Shown: positions 28,111-38,091, numbered from the stretch's first letter. The stretch: 64,000 nucleotides of DNA from Deltaproteobacteria bacterium (GCA_037439645.1 JBBIVQ010000008.1:6693-70692), one strand, 5' to 3'. Translations and numbers: made by a program. The notes: generated by a model from the sequence alone, not told the origin.

Positions 28111-30105
28111 ATGAGGGACGACCGGACGATGGCGTGGGTCCTGGAGGAAAAGGATTCGAGGGCCGCGTCCCTTGCGGCGGCGCCGGGGTTCCCCTATCCC
28201 GTGGAGAACTCGTCCGATTCCGACGTGCAGGATCTGATCGGCCGGTTGGCGCGGGATCCCCGGGAAGTGCTCCTCATCGAAGACTCCTTCCCTTTCCAGC
28301 GGACGAAGCGGTTTCTCAAGTTGACCGAAGAGGAGCAGACCCGCCCCGTGGTCGTCGTCCTCGCCCGGAACATCAACGTACCCGCGACCGTCTCCCTCAT
28401 GGAGCGCGGCGTCTTCACCGTCGTCAGCGGGGAGTACACCACGGAGCAGGCGGCCTCGGCCGTGTCCCGCGCGTTTGCGAACCGCCGTGCGTTCGAAAAG
28501 ATCATGAACCTCAGCGACACCCTTCGGCACAGCAAGGGGAGGATCGAGAAGAAAACCCTCGAATTGCGGACGGAGAAAGGGAAGCTGCGCAGGAAGGCGT
28601 CGGAAGTCTCCATCATGCGGCGCATCGCGGAGTGGATGGGGAACGCACGCACGCTGGAAGAAGGCTTGCGGGAAGCGCTCCTTCCCATGTGCCGGTTTCT
28701 CGGAGCCGACGCCGGAGCGTTTCTCGTGTCGCAGGGGGAGGAACGGTGGCTGGAGGTCGACACGGGAATCCCCGAAATCCGTCGGCTCCTCCTTCACCGC
28801 GATCCCGGGAGGTTCCGGGCGGCCTCGAACCTGCGCCTCCACCCGGATACGATGCGGATCGTTTCCGGGGAAGAGGGAGAAACGGCCGGGTGCAACGTGG
28901 TCGCCTTTCCCGTTCGCGTCAAGCGACGCTTCCTCGGGTACGGGCTTTTCTGGGGCGCCGCGCTCACGCATCCTCCCCCGGCCACGCTGCGGCTCCTCGA
29001 CGGTGTGGGGGTCCAGATCGGGATCTTTTCGGAGAACATCGCGCTTGGCGCACAGGTGGCCAGCGACCGGGACCGGCTCGCCAAGGTCAACGAGGAGCTG
29101 AATTTCCTCCTTCGCCTGGCCTCCTCCCTTCACGAGGATCCCGACCTGGACGCCGTGTTCGAGTGGTTGTGCTCCGAGCTGGTCCGGTTCGCCCCCTGTC
29201 TCGGGATCGAGCTCGTGTCCCTGAACGGCGCTCCCGTGTCGAGGAGCTGCGGCCTGACCGACGCGACGGAGCCGTACGCGGCGCTCGTGCATCCGGCGAG
29301 GCCCGGGGTCGTTCCGAAACTGGAGCGGAAGAAGTTCCCCGTTCCGGCGAGGAAATCGTCCTTTCCGGCGGCCGGGGGGGGGGACCAGGGGTTCCAGCGC
29401 TGGGAAACCGTCCTCTCCTTCGGCGTGGTCCGGCTGGGGCTGTTCGCGGTGAATCTTCCCGCCCGGCCCACGGAGGCGTGCGAGCGCCTGCTCCGGGCCG
29501 TTGCCGCGCAGTTGAGCCTTTTCCTGCACAACGCGGCGGAGCGGGAGAAGGTGCAGAAGATGGCGACCCGGGACGGGCTGACGGGCCTTTTCAACTTCCG
29601 TTCCTTCCGGGAGATCTTCGGGCGCGAGTTCGAACGGTTCCTCCGCTATGGCCGCAACATGGCGCTCATGATGATCGACCTCGACAATTTCAAGACGGTA
29701 AACGACACCTTCGGACATCCGGCGGGAGACAAGGTTCTCCAGGCGGTCGCCGACATCCTCCGGAACAGCCTGCGGAAGACCGATTACGGGTTCCGGTACG
29801 GCGGTGACGAGTTCGTCGTCCTTCTCCCGGACCGGAGCGCGTGGCAGGCGGAGATCCTCGCCCGGAGGATCCATTCCGCGGTGAAGAAACAGGTGTGCGG
29901 GGCTCCCCCCTTGCGGATCTCCCTCTCCGTTAGCATCGGGATCGCCGATTGCGCCGGCGTCGCCTCGAGGGACGGGGCGGAATTGTTGAAACGGACCGAC
30001 GGCGCCCTCTACACGGCGAAGGGGAAGGGGAGGGACAGGATCGAGGTCGCCGCCCCGCCGGCGGTTCCCGCCGCACACGCAAGGGGTTGCGATGCATCCG
30101 TATAA
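28111..30105 (+). CDS. Diguanylate cyclase (pseudo-REC, GAF-like x2, GGDEF)
   Basis: DGLTGLFN, DLDNFKTVNDTFGHPAGD, I-site RKTD, RYGGDEF; start at the ATG at 28111 after GGAGGGAG. Confidence 0.93.
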   Translation: MRDDRTMAWVLEEKDSRAASLAAAPGFPYPVENSSDSDVQDLIGRLARDPREVLLIEDSFPFQRTKRFLKLTEEEQTRPVVVVLARNINVPATVSLMERGVFTVVSGEYTTEQAASAVSRAFANRRAFEKIMNLSDTLRHSKGRIEKKTLELRTEKGKLRRKASEVSIMRRIAEWMGNARTLEEGLREALLPMCRFLGADAGAFLVSQGEERWLEVDTGIPEIRRLLLHRDPGRFRAASNLRLHPDTMRIVSGEEGETAGCNVVAFPVRVKRRFLGYGLFWGAALTHPPPATLRLLDGVGVQIGIFSENIALGAQVASDRDRLAKVNEELNFLLRLASSLHEDPDLDAVFEWLCSELVRFAPCLGIELVSLNGAPVSRSCGLTDATEPYAALVHPARPGVVPKLERKKFPVPARKSSFPAAGGGDQGFQRWETVLSFGVVRLGLFAVNLPARPTEACERLLRAVAAQLSLFLHNAAEREKVQKMATRDGLTGLFNFRSFREIFGREFERFLRYGRNMALMMIDLDNFKTVNDTFGHPAGDKVLQAVADILRNSLRKTDYGFRYGGDEFVVLLPDRSAWQAEILARRIHSAVKKQVCGAPPLRISLSVSIGIADCAGVASRDGAELLKRTDGALYTAKGKGRDRIEVAAPPAVPAAHARGCDASV

Positions 30106-30952
30106 GGCGGACGACTTCATCACGATCACGACCGTTTCCGGGAGCGGATCGGCCGTCTTCCAGGTGGTGCGAACCGGGAAGGGGGTCTACGAAGCCGAAT
30201 TCCGGAACGGGTCCCCGCTCAAGGAGTTTTTCGACGGAGACCGGGTGAACGTGGTCCTCGACCGGGGGGAGAGCAGCCTGATCGGTGCGGCGGTCGTCGC
30301 CGAGGTCCGATTTCCCGACACGATCCTTTTCCGGATCCACGGCGTTCCCGAGGAGCGGCCGAAGCGGGAGTACGCCCGGATCGACGACTTCCTCTGCATC
30401 GAATACGAGGTCTGGAAGGGGGACGAGGCGGCGGTGCTCGACCGGTTCCGTCGGTCGGTTCCGAGGAAGTATCCCATCCATCTCACTCCGCCCGCCCGGT
30501 TCACGCAACAGGATGACAGGAACATGCTCGAGGAACTGGAAAAGGAGATCCTGAAGGTCATCGTCGGGATGGACCAGAAGCTCGACGCCGTCATCAAGTA
30601 CCTCTCCGGCGAGAACCGGAAGGCGCTCCAGGGATTCACGAACCAGTGGGTGAACATCAGCGGATCGGGCATCCGGTTCGTCGTGAACGATTCCCTCGGG
30701 GAAGGAGACCACCTCGGAGTCAGCCTCCATCTTCCGGACGGAGGCGGGATTCCCGTGCGGTTTCTCGGCCTGGTGACGCGCACCCAGCCTCCGCGGGTCC
30801 AAACCGCCCGCGGGGGGATCGAGGTGGGGGTGCATTTTCGGTACATCGAGGAAGAGGACCGCGACCGGATCGTCCGGTACATCTTTTCCCGCGAGCGGGA
30901 GGCGATCCGGAGCGAGGCGGAAGCGAGGGGGGGTGGGAAAGGTGTGGAGTGA
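30092..30952 (+). CDS. PilZ-domain c-di-GMP receptor
   Basis: RxxxR (REYAR) and NxSxxG (NISGSG) motifs separated by a helical insert; C-terminal GVHFRYIEEEDRDRIVRYIF. Confidence 0.9.
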   Translation: MHPYKADDFITITTVSGSGSAVFQVVRTGKGVYEAEFRNGSPLKEFFDGDRVNVVLDRGESSLIGAAVVAEVRFPDTILFRIHGVPEERPKREYARIDDFLCIEYEVWKGDEAAVLDRFRRSVPRKYPIHLTPPARFTQQDDRNMLEELEKEILKVIVGMDQKLDAVIKYLSGENRKALQGFTNQWVNISGSGIRFVVNDSLGEGDHLGVSLHLPDGGGIPVRFLGLVTRTQPPRVQTARGGIEVGVHFRYIEEEDRDRIVRYIFSREREAIRSEAEARGGGKGVE

Positions 30953-31124
30953 CCGGTCGGGCGCCGAGGGGATCCGCGGGATCGGGAAACTTCCGCCGCC
31001 GGCGTTGCGCATCGACGAGCGGACGAAAAATCCTTCCAGGAAGAAGGACCCCCGCGAGCATCGGGGGCGGGAAACCCCTCGGGAAAATCCCGTCCCCGAG
31101 GGGAAGATCGATATCAGCGTATGA
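30942..31124 (+). CDS. Small basic hypothetical protein
   Basis: About 60 aa; overlaps both neighbours (its stop overlaps the next ATG); ends GKIDISV; start uncertain. Confidence 0.5.
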   Translation: MWSDRSGAEGIRGIGKLPPPALRIDERTKNPSRKKDPREHRGRETPRENPVPEGKIDISV

Positions 31125-32140
31125 AGACCGCCGGCCCCGTCTTCCCTCCGAACTCCCTGCTGGTCGTGACGGCGAAGGGGCGCCCGGCCGGCCCGGGTTC
31201 GCCGTCCCTTTCCCTTTCTCCGGGGCGAACCGTGCAGTTCGAGGTAATGCCCGCGACAGCGGCGGGAGAGGCCCGGATCCGCATCGATGGACACGTGTTG
31301 TCGGCGTCCGTCGCGCGCCCGTTGCAGGAAGGCGCCACGGGGACGGCCGTGGTGAAACGTCCGGGGCCCCCGATCGTGCTTCAGCTGACGGAGCTTTCTC
31401 CGCCGCCGCCCCGTGACCTCCTCAAGATTCCCGTCCTGATGGGAAGGGAGCCGCTCCGGAGCGGTCCCTTTCCCCCGTCCGCGCTGGAGCGTTGGAACGA
31501 CGCGCTCCTTCGGCTGTATCCGCCGGATCTCCAGACCCTTTCGCCCGACGCGGTGCGGGACGGCATCCTGCTCGTCCGGTTCCTTTCCGCGGCCCTTGCG
31601 GCGGGGAACGCGGCGGGGGAAAAGCCGGCCGCCTCCCCGAAAGGTGCGCGCCGGACGGAGGGGAGTGCACCGGCCCCGAATCCCGCCGACGCGATGGAAA
31701 AGGTGTCCGGGACGGAAGAGGGCGAAACCGCGCCGGCGGCGGGCAGGGAGGCTCCGCCGCGCGACGACGTCCCCTTCTGGTTTTTCCTTCCGACGCCGGG
31801 CGGAACATCCCCGTTCGTCTTCCCCGGCCACCGCCGAAGGGAGGGAAGGGAAAAGGAGCCGTCCTGGGGGATCTTCCTCCGCCTGCCCGGCCTGGGGGCC
31901 GTATCGGTCCGTTTCGTGCGGGTGGATGCGGGGTGGCGCATCGGTCTTGGCGTGGAGGACGAGCGGTTGTTCCGGGCGGTCTCGAAAGGCGCGGGGGAGC
32001 TGGGTGACCTGCTCCGGGCGAAGGGGTTCCCGTTGCGCGGCGTCACGGTCGCCCCCGCTCCGAAGGGCCGGATCGATGCGGAGACGGCGGCGCGCATGTC
32101 CGTGGACATGGGGCTGCCGCTGCTGGAGCGGCGCGCGTGA
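31121..32140 (+). CDS. Second FliK-like protein (C-terminal T3S4-like domain)
   Basis: C-terminal LRLPGLGAVSVRF...LGDLLRAKGF pattern; translationally coupled to the FlhB-C-like gene. Confidence 0.65.
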   Translation: MKTAGPVFPPNSLLVVTAKGRPAGPGSPSLSLSPGRTVQFEVMPATAAGEARIRIDGHVLSASVARPLQEGATGTAVVKRPGPPIVLQLTELSPPPPRDLLKIPVLMGREPLRSGPFPPSALERWNDALLRLYPPDLQTLSPDAVRDGILLVRFLSAALAAGNAAGEKPAASPKGARRTEGSAPAPNPADAMEKVSGTEEGETAPAAGREAPPRDDVPFWFFLPTPGGTSPFVFPGHRRREGREKEPSWGIFLRLPGLGAVSVRFVRVDAGWRIGLGVEDERLFRAVSKGAGELGDLLRAKGFPLRGVTVAPAPKGRIDAETAARMSVDMGLPLLERRA

Positions 32141-32430
32141 GCACGCACGGGACGCCCGGAAAGGCCGTCGCTCTCGCGTATCCTCCGGGTGCGGGTTCGC
32201 CCCTTGTCGTCGCCAAGGGAGGGGGGGATCTTCGCGGCGCCATCCTTCGCCTCGCCGGGGAATACGGGATCCCGGTGGAAAAAGACCCGATCCTCGCGGA
32301 GGCGCTGTACCGTTTCCCCGAAGGGGACCCGATCCCGTCCGAACTGTACGTGGCGGTGGCCGAGGTATATTCCTTCCTCATCCGCACCGGCCGGTACCTG
32401 ATGAAGGAGGAAAATCTTGCCGGGCGATGA
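32137..32430 (+). CDS. Stand-alone FlhB C-terminal-domain protein (FlhX/YlqH type)
   Basis: AVALAY..SPLVVAKG..IPVEKDPILAEAL..IPSELYVAVAEV parallels the FlhB C-terminus after NPTH. Confidence 0.9.
   Translation: MSTHGTPGKAVALAYPPGAGSPLVVAKGGGDLRGAILRLAGEYGIPVEKDPILAEALYRFPEGDPIPSELYVAVAEVYSFLIRTGRYLMKEENLAGR
32409..32425 (+). promoter_or_regulatory. Putative FlgR/FleR enhancer site
   Basis: GGAAAATCTTGCCGGGC, near-identical to the site upstream of flgB. Confidence 0.45.
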
Positions 32431-32539
32431 CGGGGTGCGTGCAGAAAATTCCGGGAGGCCGGCGTCCGGAGGGGCGGCGCGTGATCGTCGGTGCGGCGAA
32501 ACCGCCCGGAATGGCGGCAGTTGCCGGTTGACCGCTTCC

Positions 32540-32555
32540 CGGCATCCCGTTTGCA
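32540..32555 (+). promoter_or_regulatory. Sigma54 promoter of the flgF operon
   Basis: CGGCATCCCGTTTGCA, canonical GG-N10-GC. Confidence 0.78.
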
Positions 32556-32592
32556 GTGAAGATCCGGGACCGCAGGAAAAGGAGGGCTGACG

Positions 32593-33348
32593 TTGCAGGC
32601 AGGGATGTACATCGCATACACGGGGGCGAGGAACGCCGAACGGAAGATGGAGCAGGTCGCCAACAACCTCGCCAACGTATCTTCCGCCGGCTACAAGCAG
32701 GACAAATCCGTCGATCAGGGGGTCGTTCCCCTCGTCTTCGCCGCCGGACCGGACCAGGCTTCCCTCTCCGGGGCGACGCCGGGCGCGCCGCTGCTCTACC
32801 GGACCACCGGAGCCCAATACGTCGATTTCTCTCCGGGACCGATGCGCGCCACCGGGAACCCTTTCGATGTCGCGCTCGACGGCGACGCGTTCTTCACCGT
32901 CGCGTCCTCCGGGGGGGAGCGGCTGACCCGGGCGGGGAACTTTCGCGTGGACGCCGCGGGGAACCTGGTCACGCCCTCCGGGGAGAAGGTGCTGGGAAAC
33001 GGAGGACCGATCCACGTGGGAGAGGGAACGGTCACCGTGGGCCGGGACGGGCAGGTGTCGGTCGACGGCGCGGCCGTCGACACGCTGAAACTCCGGAAGG
33101 TCGCGGATCCGCGCCGCCTCGTCAAAACGGGAAACAACCTCTTCGAATCGCCCCCGGGCCTGCCCCTCCTTCCCGCGGGACAGGACGTGACCGTGAACCA
33201 GGGCTTCCTCGAGGAATCGAACGCCGCCGCCGTCCAGGGGATGACGGAGATGATCGAGGCGTCCCGGATGTTCGAGGCCTACATGAAGATGATGACCACC
33301 ATCAGCGAGCTCGCCGCCAAGGCCTCGAACGACCTCGGCCGCGCGTGA
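32593..33348 (+). CDS. flgF: Rod protein FlgF
   Basis: [37 protein letters not shown]. Confidence 0.95.
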   Translation: MQAGMYIAYTGARNAERKMEQVANNLANVSSAGYKQDKSVDQGVVPLVFAAGPDQASLSGATPGAPLLYRTTGAQYVDFSPGPMRATGNPFDVALDGDAFFTVASSGGERLTRAGNFRVDAAGNLVTPSGEKVLGNGGPIHVGEGTVTVGRDGQVSVDGAAVDTLKLRKVADPRRLVKTGNNLFESPPGLPLLPAGQDVTVNQGFLEESNAAAVQGMTEMIEASRMFEAYMKMMTTISELAAKASNDLGRA

Positions 33349-33361
33349 AAGGGGAGAACCG

Positions 33362-34147
33362 ATGATCCGATCGCTCATGATCGCCGCGTCCGGAATGGAC
33401 GTGCAGCAGACCAACATGGACATCATCTCGAACAACCTCGCCAACGTGAACACGAGCGGCTTCAAGCGAAGCCGCGGCGACTTCCAGGACATGCTCTACC
33501 AGACGATGATCCCGCAGGGCGCCCCTTCCTCGTCGAGCACGGAGGCGCCCACGGGGATCCAGTACGGCCTGGGGGCGAAGGTCGCGTCGGTCGGCAAGAT
33601 CTTCACGCAGGGCGAGTTCCGCCAGACGGGGAACGAGCTGGACGTCGCGATCGAGGGCGAGGGGTTCCTCCAGATCCTGCTGCCGAACGGCGAGCGTGCC
33701 TACACGCGCGACGGCGCGTTGAAGAAGAACGTGCAGGGTCGCCTCGTGAACCCCCAAGGATACGCGCTCGACCCGGCCATCACGATCCCCGACAACGCGA
33801 CCTCCGTGACGATCGCGCCGGACGGGACGGTCTCCGCCCTCCTGTCGGGGTCGGTGACCCCGACCGTCGTCGGAAGCGTCCAGCTGGCGCGGTTTCCCAA
33901 CCCGACGGGCCTCCGGGCTCTCGGGAAGAACCTCCTGGCCCAGACGCCCTCCTCGGGCGCGCCCACGACCGCGACGCCCGGCCAGAGCGGCCTCGGAACG
34001 CTGACGCAGGGGTTTCTCGAATCGTCGAACGTCAACATCGTCGAGGAGATGGTGAACATGATCGTCGGGCAACGCGCGTACGAGGTCAACTCCAAGACGA
34101 TCCAGACGGTCGACCAGATGTTGCGGACGGCCACCACGCTCCGGTAA
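33362..34147 (+). CDS. flgG: Distal rod protein FlgG
   Basis: [45 protein letters not shown]. Confidence 0.98.
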   Translation: MIRSLMIAASGMDVQQTNMDIISNNLANVNTSGFKRSRGDFQDMLYQTMIPQGAPSSSSTEAPTGIQYGLGAKVASVGKIFTQGEFRQTGNELDVAIEGEGFLQILLPNGERAYTRDGALKKNVQGRLVNPQGYALDPAITIPDNATSVTIAPDGTVSALLSGSVTPTVVGSVQLARFPNPTGLRALGKNLLAQTPSSGAPTTATPGQSGLGTLTQGFLESSNVNIVEEMVNMIVGQRAYEVNSKTIQTVDQMLRTATTLR

Positions 34148-34159
34148 GGGGACCCGACG

Positions 34160-34885
34160 ATGAAGCGGCCGATCCGCGGTTCGATCCTTCTCCTCCTGGC
34201 GGTGCAGGCCGCGTGGTGGGCGACGCCGGGGGTCCTGCACGCGGCGACGGACCCTTCCCTGGCCTCCTCGGCACGGGCCGCGATCGGGGATCAGATCCGT
34301 GAACAGGCCGGAATCCCCGGGGCCGAGGTGTTCGTCGGTGACGTGCGGCTCTCCGAACCGGCCGGCCTCCGGGGGCCGTTCGCGGTGGTCCGTGTCGCCG
34401 CGGACGGAGCGGTCCGTTCGGGCCGCGGAATCCCGGTATCGGTCTTCGTGCGCGATGCGGGGGGGGAGACGCGGGAGGTGCGCGGTTCGGTCGACGTTTC
34501 CGTCCGGGCCCCGGTGGTGGTATCGGCCAGGGCCGTTCCCGCAGGGGCGATCGTTTCGCGGCAGGACGTCACGGTCCGGATGCGGGAGTACACGCCGGGA
34601 TCCGACGGCGTCCTGCACGCCGTAGAGGAGGCGCTCGGAAAACGCGCGCGGTGGCAGTTGACGGGCGGCGTCCCCCTGCGGAAGGAGTACGTGGAGGATC
34701 CGGCGGCCCTGCGCCGCGGCGACGCGGTGACGATCGTGGCGGAGTCCGGACCCGTGCGGATCACGGGGAAGGGGATTTCGATGCAGGCGGCCGGCGTCGG
34801 GGATACCGTTCTGGTGAAGAACCTCGCGTCGGGGAAGGAGACGGCGGGGAGGCTCCTCGATGGCCGCGTCGTCCGGATCGACTAA
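34160..34885 (+). CDS. flgA: P-ring assembly chaperone FlgA
   Basis: Signal peptide, SAF domain, LRRGDAVTI..GDTVLVKNLASGK. Confidence 0.93.
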   Translation: MKRPIRGSILLLLAVQAAWWATPGVLHAATDPSLASSARAAIGDQIREQAGIPGAEVFVGDVRLSEPAGLRGPFAVVRVAADGAVRSGRGIPVSVFVRDAGGETREVRGSVDVSVRAPVVVSARAVPAGAIVSRQDVTVRMREYTPGSDGVLHAVEEALGKRARWQLTGGVPLRKEYVEDPAALRRGDAVTIVAESGPVRITGKGISMQAAGVGDTVLVKNLASGKETAGRLLDGRVVRID

Positions 34886-34992
34886 ATGCGCGACGACGGA
34901 TGCCGGGGCGAAATATTCCGCAGTGCGGAGGGCGGGCACCGCAGCACCGAACGGATGAGATGACCGGGTCCATGAACGGAGGTTTCGAGGAG

Positions 34993-35706
34993 ATGGCGAT
35001 GGGAAGCGACATCCGAAGAGGGACGGCGGCCGCGATGGTGTTGTCGGCGATCCTCCTCGCCGTGTCGGGGTGCGCCCCGGCATGGAAGCGAGGGGAGGAG
35101 TACAAGGTTTCGAACTACCCGGATGCCCCGCCCCGGACCGCCGCCGTCTCGGGGGCGTCGCTGTGGGACGACCGGGGAGGCGCGTTCTTCGCGGACCACC
35201 GCGCCAGGAAAGTGAACGACGTCGTGACGATCGTCGTCGACGAGTCGGCCAAGGCGTCGAAGGCCGCCGGCACGGCGCTGTCGCGCCAGTCCTCCGCGGA
35301 CCTCGGGATCTCGGCCTTCTTCGGCCTGGAGAAGTCGGCCTCCGCCCGGAACGGCAACGTCGATCCCGCCGCCCTCGTCAAGGCCGACGGGAAGACCGCC
35401 TTCGACGGGAGCGGGAAGACGACGCGGGAGGAGACGCTGACCACCACGGTGACCGCGGTGGTCAAGGAGATCCTCCCCTCCGGCAACATGCTGATCGAGG
35501 CGCGCCGCGACGTGGGGGTGAACGGGGAGAAACAGGTGATGCTTCTGCACGGCGTCATCCGGCCGGAGGACGTCGACGGGTTCAACTCGGTCCCGTCGTC
35601 CCGGGTGGCCCAGGCCCGCATCGAATATTACGGGGAAGGCGTGATCAGCGAAAAGCAGAACCCGGGGTGGATGGCGAAGATCATCGACCACCTCTGGCCG
35701 TTCTGA
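34993..35706 (+). CDS. flgH: L-ring lipoprotein FlgH
   Basis: Lipobox VSGC, FADHRARKVNDVVTI, GVIRPEDV, PGW..WPF end; ATG after GAGGAG. Confidence 0.95.
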   Translation: MAMGSDIRRGTAAAMVLSAILLAVSGCAPAWKRGEEYKVSNYPDAPPRTAAVSGASLWDDRGGAFFADHRARKVNDVVTIVVDESAKASKAAGTALSRQSSADLGISAFFGLEKSASARNGNVDPAALVKADGKTAFDGSGKTTREETLTTTVTAVVKEILPSGNMLIEARRDVGVNGEKQVMLLHGVIRPEDVDGFNSVPSSRVAQARIEYYGEGVISEKQNPGWMAKIIDHLWPF

Positions 35707-35720
35707 CGGGAGGATGGGAG

Positions 35721-36845
35721 ATGGACCTGGGCCGGGAGAAGCGGAAACGGATCGGGGCGGTCCTCGCGGCCATGGTTGTCGCGGCCTGCGCGGCGGGGGG
35801 CGCCGAAGCGGCGCGCCTCAAGGACATCGCCGCGATCGGGGGAACGCGGGCCAACCCCGTGATCGGGTACGGTCTTGTCGTAGGTCTCAACGGCACCGGC
35901 GACACCGATACGGCGACCTCCTTCACCATGCAGAGCATAATGAGCATGCTGCAGAAGTTCGGCATCTCGGTCCCCCTGAGCAAGATCAAGGTGAAAAACG
36001 CCGCGGCGGTCATGGTGACCGCCGATCTTCCGTCGTTCGCCAAGAAGGGGTGGCGGATGGACGTCACGGTTTCCTCCATGGGGGACGCGACCAGCCTGGA
36101 GGGCGGGACCCTGCTGATGACTCCGCTCCTCGCCCCGAACGGGGACGTGTACTCCGTGGCCCAGGGGCCGGTCCTTGTCGGCGGGTTCGCCGCCTCCGGG
36201 CAATCCGGATCCTCGGTGCAGAAGAACCACCCGACGGTCGGTCGTGTCCCCGGGGGAGGCGTGATCGAGAAGGAGATCCCGTATCTGCCGGACGGTGGCA
36301 CCGTGCAGGTGCTCCTGTCACGGCCGGATTACGCCACGGCGTCCCGGGCGGCGTCGGCCGTCAACGCAAGGATGGGCGACGGGATCGCCACGGCGAAGGA
36401 CGGTTCCGAGATCCTCGTCCGGATCCCGGGAAACGCGTCGAACCGGGTCGTCGAGTTCCTCGCGGGGATCGGGGAGTGCGAGGTGACGCCGGACGAGGCG
36501 GCGAAGGTGGTCGTCAACGAGCGGACCGGCACGGTGGTGATCGGTCAGAACGTGAAGATAACGACCGTCGCGCTCGCCCACGGGGCGTTGAACATCGTCA
36601 TCCGGGAGAAACCCGAGGTGTCCCAACCGGCGCCGTTGTCGGCCGGAAAGACGGCGGTGGTGCCGGGCACGGACGTCAAGGCACGGGAGGAACAGAGAAA
36701 GGTCGCGTTGATGGATCCCGGGGCGACCATATCGGACCTGGTCGACGCGCTGAACAAGCTGGGGGTGACTCCCCGGGACCTGATCGCCATCCTGCAGGCG
36801 CTGAAAGAGGCGGGCGCCCTGCAGGCCGACCTGGCCCTGATGTAG
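35721..36845 (+). CDS. flgI: P-ring protein FlgI
   Basis: ARLKDI, GYGLVVGLNGTGD, KNAAAVMVTA, DLIAILQALKEAGALQA. Confidence 0.98.
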   Translation: MDLGREKRKRIGAVLAAMVVAACAAGGAEAARLKDIAAIGGTRANPVIGYGLVVGLNGTGDTDTATSFTMQSIMSMLQKFGISVPLSKIKVKNAAAVMVTADLPSFAKKGWRMDVTVSSMGDATSLEGGTLLMTPLLAPNGDVYSVAQGPVLVGGFAASGQSGSSVQKNHPTVGRVPGGGVIEKEIPYLPDGGTVQVLLSRPDYATASRAASAVNARMGDGIATAKDGSEILVRIPGNASNRVVEFLAGIGECEVTPDEAAKVVVNERTGTVVIGQNVKITTVALAHGALNIVIREKPEVSQPAPLSAGKTAVVPGTDVKAREEQRKVALMDPGATISDLVDALNKLGVTPRDLIAILQALKEAGALQADLALM

Positions 36846-36855
36846 GCAGGGGACG

Positions 36856-37152
36856 ATGCAACCGGTCCGACCCGTTTCCGCTCCCCGAACCCGCGACCCG
36901 AAGGCCGAACTCGAAGCGAAGAAGCGGAGAGAGGCGATCCGCGGGTTCGAGGAGATGTTCGTGTCTTCGATGATGAAAGCGATGCGCCGGAGCGTCCCCG
37001 AAAGCGAGGAGAGCCGGGCCAAGGTCCTCTGGAGGGAACAGTTCGACGCGGAGATCGCGAAACGGATCGCCGACGGGAGGGGGATCGGTCTCGCTCCCCT
37101 CCTCGAAAAGGGGATCGCCCCGGCAGGGAGAGGAAACGGCCGAAACCGTTAA
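36856..37152 (+). CDS. flgJ: FlgJ, rod-binding domain only
   Basis: FEEMFVSSMMKAMRRSVP...FDAEIAK..GIGLA; no muramidase domain. Confidence 0.88.
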   Translation: MQPVRPVSAPRTRDPKAELEAKKRREAIRGFEEMFVSSMMKAMRRSVPESEESRAKVLWREQFDAEIAKRIADGRGIGLAPLLEKGIAPAGRGNGRNR

Positions 37153-37177
37153 AGTGCGGCGCCCCTTTCTCCGATAA
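37150..37177 (+). promoter_or_regulatory. Sigma28 promoter of flgM
   Basis: TAAA-N16-TCCGATAA. Confidence 0.8.
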
Positions 37178-37226
37178 GTCCTGAAGCGAGGTTGGATCGA
37201 TCGAGAGGACGAGGGGGGGGGCGTTT

Positions 37227-37553
37227 GTGAAGATTTCCGGGCGGAAAGGGAAGGAGACGGGGAATGTCGTATCGAGAAAAACGGGTGGGATCCAGGGAAA
37301 GGGGCCGGCCGGACCCGCCGCTCCGGCCGCCGGAGTCTCTCCGCCCGGCACGCCGTCCCTCGCCATCTCCGATCAAGGCCGCCTCGTTTCCGAGGCGCGA
37401 CGCGCCCTCGATTCCCTTCCGGAGGTCCGCGTCGAGAAGGTCGAGCGGATCCAGGCCGCCATCGAAGGCGGCGACTACCGGGTCGAAGGCCGGAAGGTCG
37501 CGGATAAAATGGTCACGGACGCCGTGCGGGAATTGCGGAACCGGACCCGCTGA
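37227..37553 (+). CDS. flgM: Anti-sigma28 factor FlgM
   Basis: MKI start, ISDQG, VRVEKVERIQAAIEGGDYRVEGRKVADKM. Confidence 0.93.
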   Translation: MKISGRKGKETGNVVSRKTGGIQGKGPAGPAAPAAGVSPPGTPSLAISDQGRLVSEARRALDSLPEVRVEKVERIQAAIEGGDYRVEGRKVADKMVTDAVRELRNRTR

Positions 37554-37588
37554 CGCCGTCGGGCGCGGGCCGGACCTGGAGGTCCTTC

Positions 37589-38074
37589 ATGCTCGATGAG
37601 TCGGTCGCCGATCGCTGGCTCTCGATCGCTTCCCGCGAAGAGGAGATCCTTTCGGGCCTCGTCCGGATCCTCCAGTCCGATCAACGGGCCGTCGCCTCCG
37701 CGTGCGTGGAGGAGATCGACGGGAACGTCCGCCGGAAAGAGGCGGCCCTTACCGAAATGCGGCTCCTCGAAGAGTCGAGGAACGCGTTCCTCGGTTCCCT
37801 CCCCGAGGGGGGGGCGGGATTCGCCCGGATGATCCCGCATTTCCCGGAATCCCGGCGCGCGCGGGCCGACGCTTCCCTTTCCCGTCTCCGCTCGCTGCGG
37901 GAGGCGGCGGCGGAGCTGAACGAGCTTTCCCGCCGCATCATGATCCACGGGCTCTTCCTCGTACGCTCCGCCCTCGGTGCGATGACGGGGGGGGGAGCCG
38001 ACCCCGGGTACGGAGAGGCGGGGGGGCGAAAGCAGCGGACTCCCACGGGCCGGATCGTCCGGCAGAACGTCTGA
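37589..38074 (+). CDS. flgN: Export chaperone FlgN
   Basis: Helical protein between flgM and flgK; ELNELS..GY..GRIVRQNV tail. Confidence 0.82.
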   Translation: MLDESVADRWLSIASREEEILSGLVRILQSDQRAVASACVEEIDGNVRRKEAALTEMRLLEESRNAFLGSLPEGGAGFARMIPHFPESRRARADASLSRLRSLREAAAELNELSRRIMIHGLFLVRSALGAMTGGGADPGYGEAGGRKQRTPTGRIVRQNV

Positions 38075-38091
38075 GGAGGCGGAGACCCGCC

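Noticed and set aside
36856-37152. FlgJ lacking a muramidase domain as a possible pseudogene
   Set aside because: Single-domain FlgJ is normal outside beta/gamma-proteobacteria, and the ORF ends cleanly.
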